DNA of 59,626 nt, counting the filler, from Jimgerdemannia flammicorona (lineage: Eukaryota): NCBI GenBank assembly GCA_003990765.1. It is 3 parts of 3 records of this genome, joined end to end, with 100 filler letters (N's around TTAATTAATTAA, not from the genome) between each part and the next. Parts side by side here need not be neighbours in the genome. Positions count along the whole stretch, not along the records: positions 39,824 to 59,626 come from RBNJ01001848.1; 2 more parts are not named here. One strand, written 5' to 3'. The notes under the pieces were generated by a model that ran no database searches, was not told the origin of the DNA, and saw only the letters and a program-made list of their open reading frames with translations. This document shows, piece by piece, positions 52,138-59,626 of the stretch (the first letter of the stretch is position 1; each line of letters begins with the position of its first letter). The translations under genes and the position numbers were made by a program.

Positions 52138-52300
52138 GAGAAGTTGGCACATTTATTGATTTTTATCACTAAAGAAGAAAGATTGATACAGTTATTGATT
52201 TTTGTCACTAGAGAAGAGAGGTTGGCACAGTTATTGATTTTTATTACTAGAGAAGAGAGGTTGATACAGTTATCAATTTTTGTTACTAGAGAAGGGAGAT
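48660..52300. repeat. Tandem array of 39-bp units punctuated by a longer unit (132-bp period), interrupted by the MPP10 retrocopy
   Basis: Unit TTATTGATTTTTGTCACTAGAGAAGAGAGGTTGGTACAG and variants; spacer ATTGACTCTCACTT…GAAGTAGTCT recurs about five times. Confidence 0.93.
50035..52132 (+). pseudogene. MPP10: Processed pseudogene (retrocopy) of U3 snoRNP protein Mpp10
   Basis: ELLIEGFNHEQVWEEI, VDDAFFNLDEFN, KDWTLGGEASSKARPLNSLLEEDLEFEH; no introns, frameshifts, 3' UTR, long poly(A), 17-bp TSD GAGAAGAGAAGTTGGCA (50018-50034, 52133-52149). Confidence 0.92.
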
Positions 52301-52303
52301 AGT

Positions 52304-53156
52304 ATAGGGCATCAAGTGCTCAGTGTAGGTTACCTGCAGGTCCTCGGTGCCTGTGGTGGGGCCTTCTGGCTTTGGCGAGCTTCCCGGCAAGCGCAGTTCT
52401 GGCGTAGGTGACTGCTTTTTGGGTATTGTCGGGATGGGAGGGGAGATGGCTGTCACAGATAGGTGGAAGGGCGATTATGGTGAACCAGTAGGGTGCCAGA
52501 CTGGGGGCAGTCATCGGGGCTGGGGCAGGTGCTGCTTCAGTGGGGCCTTTTGATTGGTGCAGCGCAGTTAGGTGGTAGGTGTCACTATCAGCTTCTTTTG
52601 GCGGTCAGCGGGGTTGGGCCCCAGTCGTCAGGGGGGGTCAGGAGGCCCGAGGCTACCCATTTCAGGTGTCTTGGCTGCACTCAACTAGAACTGGGAGCTG
52701 ATATGGCAAAGTGATCGAGGTCCACAGACTTAAGTAGTGGGGTATTGGGGGTTTCCTCCCGCCTCACATATAAGTCCTTTACTCACCTTGACTGGGAGAA
52801 CCAGGCCCTACCCACCGTGTTGTGCTTTGATGAGGGTTTTTTATTTGCCTGTCATTCTCTTTGGGGTGGCAGAGGCTATTCTATTTGGCTTGGGCATGGC
52901 CTTGTACATACGTTGGGTTCTCAGGCATGTGCTTTCAGTCGTTGGCATATGGTTGGGTTTCCCCTGGTAGTAGAAAGAGCATGGTGTGCAGAATGAGGTG
53001 CAGGCTTATCAGCCCTGCTGCGCCTGGCATGGTTGAGCTGCTAGACAATAGCTAGCCTAGATTAATGGTGGGGCAGTGCTTGGTGGGTGGTGGGGGAGGG
53101 TTTTGGCCTATATAGTCTAGGTTCCCTTCCAATAAAAATCCATGGGACATGAGTCC

Positions 53157-53206
<50 letters not shown>
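52304..53206 (+). mobile_element. Poly(A)-tailed G-rich non-coding retroposon P3
   Basis: AATAAA at about 53130, long A-tail, candidate 7-bp TSD AGATA(G/A)T; keeps CpGs, unlike the array on its left. Confidence 0.6.
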
Positions 53207-53209
<3 letters not shown>

Positions 53210-53881
53210 TAATTGTTCCAATAAGTCATGAATTTTTAGCTGCTTTCTAGTTGTCAACTCGAGCTGATAGTCAACTTTAGTCAACTCTACTATCTCCATC
53301 TTGGATCATATCATCTTCTTATTCAGCTTCCTGTCATCTCCTGTGCTGGCCCGAATTGTCGAGCGCAAAATGTATGATAAACTGCATACTGATGCCGAGA
53401 AATCTGTGCTGTTCACCGGTGTGTCTGGTGGGTCGCTTCAAGCATTACTTAGTACACGTGTCTTACGAAACTATACTTTTAATCTCCCACCGACTCGACC
53501 CATATCGACACCGTCATGCTCTCATCACTCGGATAAACACTGTCCGAGTATTGTCTCGTCGGTCTGATCAACAACGCCGGCATAGATATGATTTCTCGTT
53601 CAAAGTCGAATCCTCCGAGCTATTCAAGAAGCAATCTGTGATTCATGCAGTCGTCCAAATAACCGATGACTCACGATGGGCACACGCATGTTCGTATTAA
53701 ACAGTTCAGGCGTACGGCAGGTGTGCGTTGCGTATACATGACGAAATGAGGAGTGATTTTATGCATCATCTTATAAAAAATACGATATAAGATAAAATAT
53801 ACCTACTACAAGTGTGTGTCGTGTTCTTCGAATATCTCCACATCGCCAAAAACTCAAACTCTTCTTACAAACTCCACCACC

Positions 53882-54471
53882 ATGTCCGATAAGATCCACA
53901 TTCCCAACCCCTCTACTGAATCCAAGTTCCCTCCATCACACCGCCCGAGCGACAATACCGACTTCAACGATTCCTTGACGTCTCGACCCAGCGTCGAGCC
54001 CATTCATCCCACCTCTCGCTTCGTCGAAGAACACGTGCACGTCGGCCCGGGCGCCGCCACCACGACTGCAGTGCACACCACGGTTCCTGTGCACCATGTC
54101 AGCGAGACGGGCAGCAGATGCGCTCCCATGATAAGCAGCACCGGGACTCCCGGGGTGGCCGATGTGAATGGGGCCTCCGAAGCCGAGCGTGTCGCCGATG
54201 AGAGCGGGGCTGCCCCCCCTAAGCCTGGTCGTATTGGTGGGATGGCAGAGAAGATGATAGGGTCGATAAAGGTGTGCATCGTGCCTTGGTTTGTTTCAAC
54301 TTTCTGTCTGCCTGTGTCTTGGCTCGTATTAACTCGAACGATTGATCACATCTTGACCAATCGCAGTCGGGGTTTGGTAAAGTGGTCGGATCGCAGGAGA
54401 TGCAGGAAGAGGGCATGAGAGAGAAAGCGGAGGGCGAGGCTCGCATCCAAGCGGCGAAGGCCGAGCAATGA
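53882..54471 (+). CDS. Small hydrophilic protein with C-terminal CsbD/Hmp1-like motif (intron 54272-54366)
   Basis: Spliced C-terminus KPGRIGGMAEKMIGSIKSGFGKVVGSQEMQEEGMREKAEGEARIQAAK. Confidence 0.7.
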
Positions 54472-54889
54472 TGGCAACTAAAAGAGGAGATAAGATTCAA
54501 TTGCTGTCTTTTGTAAGTGCGGTCGTTGGCTACATTGGCGTGTGTTTACTTTCGTGTAGAGTGTAGCGATCTTTAGTAAATCAAGTCAGTTTTCAAGATA
54601 CGTTTTGAATAAAAGCGGATTTAAAATATGAAGAATGTGCGGAGGGCAAAAAGATATGCTATTGTTATCATATAGAGACTGTATAACCACGTAACATTTC
54701 GTAACGGGTTAGTGTATTGTAAGGCGCCAAAATGCAGAGGCAAAATGCAGAGGCAAATTCATATGCCGCAAAATTCATATGATTATTACTTTGTTCACTT
54801 TGGAACACGAAGTGGGTCTTGATATCTTTGTTGTTTTTGGTGTATTATACAAATGCTAATGCTAACCACATATCCATCAATGCGCAAGG

Positions 54890-54940
<51 letters not shown>

Positions 54941-55081
54941 ATAATGAATGCAAAAGGTTACGTATGTATGTACAGAGAGTACCCAAAATATGATGCAAAT
55001 TTTGGAGAACCTGATTTCTCCGGGAATTAGGTAAGTATTCACAGTTGATGCCTAAAATTCACTTCCACGGACCGACCGGAA

Positions 55082-56965
55082 TCACAACTCTTTGGCAGCG
55101 TTCTTACGCATCTTCCTCTCTAACGCCGCAACAATGCCGCCGCGCTTCGCCGGAGCCTTGCCCCGCTCCCTCCCCTTGGCCTTGGCCTTGCCTCTCGCCC
55201 CACCCGCCGCCATAGGTTTTCCCTCCCCCGCCTCGTCCTCGGCGTCACTCTCGATCATCTCCTCCTTCTCGACCTCGACCTTCTTAAGCGCCAGAATCTC
55301 ATCCCTCAGTGCGATCTGCTCTTCCTCCGTTACGTACTTGAGACCACCGCGCGTGACCAAATCTGCACCAACTTTGCCCTCCACACCCGTGGCATAGCGG
55401 TAATGGTATCCACATTCCTCCTCCAAGTATCGCCTGCGCTTCTCAGAGAAAGCGACCTCGTCCGTTTCGTCCGACACAAGGGTATAAAACCAGGAATGGA
55501 ATCCTTCCTCAGAGCGGCGCTTGGCGCGCAAGATGCGGCCCAAGCGCTGCGCCTCCTGGCGACGGGATCCGAAGTGAGACGATACCTGGATGAGGACGGT
55601 GGCCTCAGGCAGATCGAGCGAGGTGTCACCGATGCGCGAGAGGCAGACGGTGTTGAAGCGGCCGCCGTAAGGGACGGGAACGCCGTCTGCGCGAAGGGCG
55701 GGGGATTCGCGAAACCGCTGCAGGATGATGCGTAACTCCTCCTGCGACGTGGACCCGTTGATGAAGGGGCGCCCCAGTGCGACGGCGTAAGCTCGAAGCG
55801 GGAACAGGTGGTCGGAGAAGAGAAGAACCTTATCGCCGCGGGTCTCGTGGTAATGGACGAGGCGCTGGCAAGCCTGAAACTTGGCGGGATTGAGAATGGA
55901 AAGAAGGGAGCGGGTGTGCGCGTCCGAGGACCAGGCGGCGGCAGCAGAGCGTTGGGAAGCCGCAGTGTAGGCGTCAGCAAATATGGGAGTCATGGAACAC
56001 ACGACCTGCGTGCATAAGACGTTGGCAATGAAGCCAAGGTCGGCAAGCTCGCGCCATCGTGCCTGGAAGAGGACGGGGCCGACGAGGTTGTCCAGGTCGG
56101 CGATGCCGTCGTCCTCCCTCAACATAGTTGCGGTGAGGCCGAGGCGACAAGAGGCGCGAATGGAACAGACGGCGCGAGAGAATGTGGCAGCGGGAACAAC
56201 ATGGACTTCGTCGAGAACGAGGAGGCCAAAATGCTGCTTCTCGATGAACTCGAACATGTGGCGCGCTTCGCGGTCGGGGCGCGAGTTGGTGAGAGCCGCG
56301 TAGGTAGTGAAAAGGACGCCGCCGGAGGCGCCGTTCCATGGGAATTTACGGTCGCCGGCAAACATGCCAGTATATCCTGGGCTGAGGGTTGAAAACTTGA
56401 CCCACTCACGTTGAAACTGATCCGCCGCTATCTTGGATGAGCACACGACCAGGGTCGACTTGCGGATGCGGCAGGCGGCGGCGATGGCGACGAGGGTTTT
56501 GCCGGCGCCGCACGGAAGAATTACAATCCCAGAGCGCGCTATGCTGGGGCTTGATAGCGGGACAATGCCGTTGCACGCGAGCGCCTGGTACTCGCGGAGG
56601 ATGACGTCTTTGCCGAGCTCCATATCGACCGTCGGAAGCGTCACATCGGTCACAAAGTTGTAGTCTGGGAGTACCGAATTATCCAAATACTGCGGCGGCG
56701 AAGACATGGGAGAGCGGGAGGGCGATTTCTTTGTGGGTTTTCCCCGTTTCACGGGCTTCAACAGAGAGGCAGGTTCGAGGATCGGACTTGAGACACGTTG
56801 GGCTAGCGAGGGTTCATGTTCCTCGGAGTTGGAGTCGACGAGGATGACGTCGACAGCGGGATCTGGAGAGGCAGGACGTTTCTGGGGGGTAAATAGTTGG
56901 GTGGGAAGGGGGGAGGGGAGGGGCAAGGGGATTTTGACGATGAGGTGTTTGGGGTGTTCGGCCAT
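55082..56965 (-). CDS. XPB/Ssl2/Rad25-like SF2 helicase, intronless, lacking the N-terminal domain
   Basis: RSGIVILPCGAGKTL, LDEVHVVPA, LGLTATMLREDD (RED motif), GDTSLDLPEA, SHFGSRRQEAQRLGRILRAK. Confidence 0.9.
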   Translation of the reverse strand: MAEHPKHLIVKIPLPLPSPLPTQLFTPQKRPASPDPAVDVILVDSNSEEHEPSLAQRVSSPILEPASLLKPVKRGKPTKKSPSRSPMSSPPQYLDNSVLPDYNFVTDVTLPTVDMELGKDVILREYQALACNGIVPLSSPSIARSGIVILPCGAGKTLVAIAAACRIRKSTLVVCSSKIAADQFQREWVKFSTLSPGYTGMFAGDRKFPWNGASGGVLFTTYAALTNSRPDREARHMFEFIEKQHFGLLVLDEVHVVPAATFSRAVCSIRASCRLGLTATMLREDDGIADLDNLVGPVLFQARWRELADLGFIANVLCTQVVCSMTPIFADAYTAASQRSAAAAWSSDAHTRSLLSILNPAKFQACQRLVHYHETRGDKVLLFSDHLFPLRAYAVALGRPFINGSTSQEELRIILQRFRESPALRADGVPVPYGGRFNTVCLSRIGDTSLDLPEATVLIQVSSHFGSRRQEAQRLGRILRAKRRSEEGFHSWFYTLVSDETDEVAFSEKRRRYLEEECGYHYRYATGVEGKVGADLVTRGGLKYVTEEEQIALRDEILALKKVEVEKEEMIESDAEDEAGEGKPMAAGGARGKAKAKGRERGKAPAKRGGIVAALERKMRKNAAKEL

Positions 56966-57139
56966 GGTGTAGGGAAGGGTCTGGTGCCGCAGCCGAGGGA
57001 GAATTAAATTATTTTTCCAAAACAGGAAATGGCAGTCAAATGGTGTATGATGACATCACCGCGGCATACGTAAGTGATGCAACAAACCCCGTGAGTGTCT
57101 TTGCTGCTGGCTCTTCCACAAACCTTCCTCAAAATCAAT
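56966..57139. promoter_or_regulatory. 174-bp divergent (probably bidirectional) promoter between the XPB-like gene and RPN10
   Basis: Head-to-head start codons at 56965 and 57140. Confidence 0.55.
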
Positions 57140-59012
57140 ATGGTCCTGGAGGCTACAATGCTAGTGCTAGACAATTCGGAGTGGATGCGGAACGGCGACT
57201 ACACTCCAACCCGTGTCGGTGCACAGAACGATGCCGTAAACCTGATCTTCAGCACCAAAACCCAATCGAATCCAGAGAACACCGTCGGCCTCATGACCAT
57301 GGCAGGGAAAAGGTAGGTTTTGGGTTGATTGAAGATATATGCACAAGAATAACGCAGATAATTGATGCAAAGCGTTATTTTTTAAAAAAAGTCCGGAGGT
57401 GCTCGTGACGTTAACCAACGAGTTAGGCAAGATCCTCTCGGCGCTGCACAGTGTCAAGCTCTCCGGCAAGGTTGACTTTATCACCGGCGTCCAGATCGCG
57501 CAGGTTTTTACAACAATGTTTTCAATAACCAACCACCTCCAACTGCCCGCTGGGATCGTCGTCTCCTCACCACTTTGCTATCTCTGTTAGCTCGCCCTCA
57601 AACACCGGCAAAACAAGAACCAGCGTCAGCGCCTCGTGGTCTTCGTCGGCTCGCCCATTGACACGGACGAAAAGACGCTGGTGAAGCTGGCCAAGAAAAT
57701 GAAGAAGAACAACGTGGCCGTCGACGTGGTCAATTTTGGCGAGGAGGGCGAGAACACCGCCAAGTTGGATGCGTTCGTGAACTCGGTGAACAGCGGGGAT
57801 AATAGGTGAATGGGGAGAAATGGCCTTGCGGTGTGCGAGTTTTATTTATTTATTTATGGAGATACGTGGAAATGAGTGATCCCTCGAATCCATATATTTT
57901 GCGATCAATGGGTTCTTTCAAAATTATGCACACCATCCTGACCATTATCAATGGTTGGATTGCTTTGATCGCAGCCACCTCGTCACCATCCCTCCCGGCC
58001 CGCACATCCTCAGCGACATGCTCATCCCGACACCAATCATAGCTGGCGAAGATGGCGTCCCTCCCGGTCTCGCCGCCGGTGGCACCGGCAACTTTGATTT
58101 CGGCGTCGACCCTGGTCTGGATCCTGAACTCGCTTTGGTGAGTAGTGTTCCTCTCAGGCGAACGATGAGGCCAGTTTCGGGCCTTTGGGCACTGCAGTTT
58201 TTATCTGAAAATTCCTCGTCGAACCAAACTCTCGCTTCATACCATACTTGCATAATAGGCCCTGCGTATTTCTCTGGAGGAGGAGAAAGCCCGACAGGAG
58301 GCCGAAGCGGCCAAGGCCAAGGGCACGGCCACGCAGGAGGGCCAGGCCTCCGGAAGCGGCAGCGCCGTCGAGATGGCGGTCGATTCCGGCAGTGGCGCTG
58401 GTGCGGTGGGCGGCGACGAGGACGAGCTCCAGGCGGCGTTGAGGATGTCGATGGGCGCCCCAGTTCAGGTGGGTTTTGTGTGGAACGGGAAGAAGAAAGG
58501 ATGATGAACGGATTTGCAGGTCATGGTGAATGTATCGTATTGATTGAAGGATCCCTTGATGCGGTGGTAGAGCTATGGGATTCTGGTGAAGGAGAATTGG
58601 GTACATTTATGATGCGAGTTATTTATCTTCGTTTTTGCGACATCAGGATGAGGACGTCAACATGGACGATTTGTCAGAAGAAGAGCAGATCGCTCGGGCC
58701 ATTGCTATGTCAATGCAGGGCGGTTCGGGCGGGGGCCAGGTTCGCACTTATTCCTTCTCCACGCTCATCATTGCCGTCCCGTACTCGCTGCACTTTTGAC
58801 CAAATCGGCATGTAATAAACGATTCTATACCTCTTCCCACAACACAGGAATCGGGCGAGGACTTCAGCCAGGTGATGCAGGACCCGTCATTCCTGACTCG
58901 GGTGCTCGACTCACTACCCGGCGTCGACTCGAGTGACCCACGGATCCAGAGCGTGCTGCAGGGGAAGGACAGCGAGAAAAAGGAAGGAGAGGAGGACAAG
59001 GAGAAGAAGTGA
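57140..59012 (+). CDS. RPN10: 26S proteasome ubiquitin receptor Rpn10 (7 exons)
   Basis: [54 protein letters not shown]; exons 57140-57312, 57392-57503, 57591-57805, 57975-58137, 58259-58468, 58647-58739, 58848-59012. Confidence 0.96.
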
Positions 59013-59626
59013 GGCGCGGATTGTTGTATCTTATTAGGATGAGGGGGTATTAGCTTGTATTGATGAGATAAAAGGTGAGGCAGGGAGGGAGCGTAAGTTA
59101 GTGAGGATAATTGTTGGTGTCGCAACGCGTGCAATTTGTTGGGTTCCTCTCTCCTTTCGTGTTTGTGCAATGAAATTCGGATAATCTTGGTTCATTTGGA
59201 TGGATGCGTATGGTTATGTTGCATGATCCTGAGTGCGCGAGTTGGCTTTATACGGATAAACGTGTCATATATTTCCAGAACCACGGGATCAAGCGCATGG
59301 CACCCCTTAAGGTTTCCCCTTCTGGTATGGCCAACCCAAATTTGTCGACACACAGAAAAGGCAAAAGCAGCGGCGGTCGGCATGCATGCACGCTTGCTTC
59401 TTGGCTCCAAGGATGGAATAAAGCGCGCTTGTCAATAGGCATAAAAATATACTAGACTTCAATTATCAAGATCCAGTTTCTCTAAGTACCGACAAGTGGG
59501 CAAGCACTAACAAAGGAACCGGAAATTCTATCGAAAACGAGCATCGTCAAAGTTTTCGGAAAACACGGTCAAGCGGCATCGATATCAAAATAAACAATAT
59601 TCAAACGATCCCACCCTTCCCAGAAA

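Noticed and set aside
48660..52300. CRISPR-like appearance of the array
   Set aside because: Units are contiguous with no unique spacers, there are no cas genes, and the context is eukaryotic
54890..54938. A-tract as the retrogene tail of the XPB-like gene
   Set aside because: Wrong strand for a minus-strand gene, and no TSD found
57385..57391. AAG 3' splice site in RPN10 intron 1
   Set aside because: Uncommon but known acceptor; restores the conserved SPEVLVT sequence

Overview
Intron-rich fungal genomic DNA; gene style suggests an early-diverging fungus, probably Mucoromycota (inference). The left arm (1-19.8 kb) holds an ACSF3-type acyl-CoA synthetase, tRNA-Ala(AGC), an orphan signal-peptide/PA-like/7TM receptor-like gene, a secreted animal-type heme peroxidase and an insulin-degrading enzyme (STE23/IDE). 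The centre (19.9-53.3 kb, two assembly gaps) is a CpG-depleted nest of decayed mobile elements. It contains two lineages of dUTPase-carrying Ty3/gypsy elements: chromovirus A/E (gag-dUT-PR-RT-RH-IN-chromo) and B/C (PR-Cys/His motif-dUT-RT-RH, with integrase in a separate +1 frame and an unknown accessory ORF that in B lies inside a ~1.4-kb LTR). It also contains a CACTA-like non-autonomous element, three poly(A)-tailed non-coding retroposons, an MPP10 processed pseudogene with a 17-bp TSD, and two minisatellite arrays. The right arm holds a CsbD/Hmp1-like gene, an intronless N-terminally truncated XPB paralog and RPN10. The best candidate for an undescribed system is the B/C retroelement architecture: a conserved CYC-TGA plus +1-frame integrase junction, and a mobile accessory ORF family. 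All alignments and splice models were made by eye.
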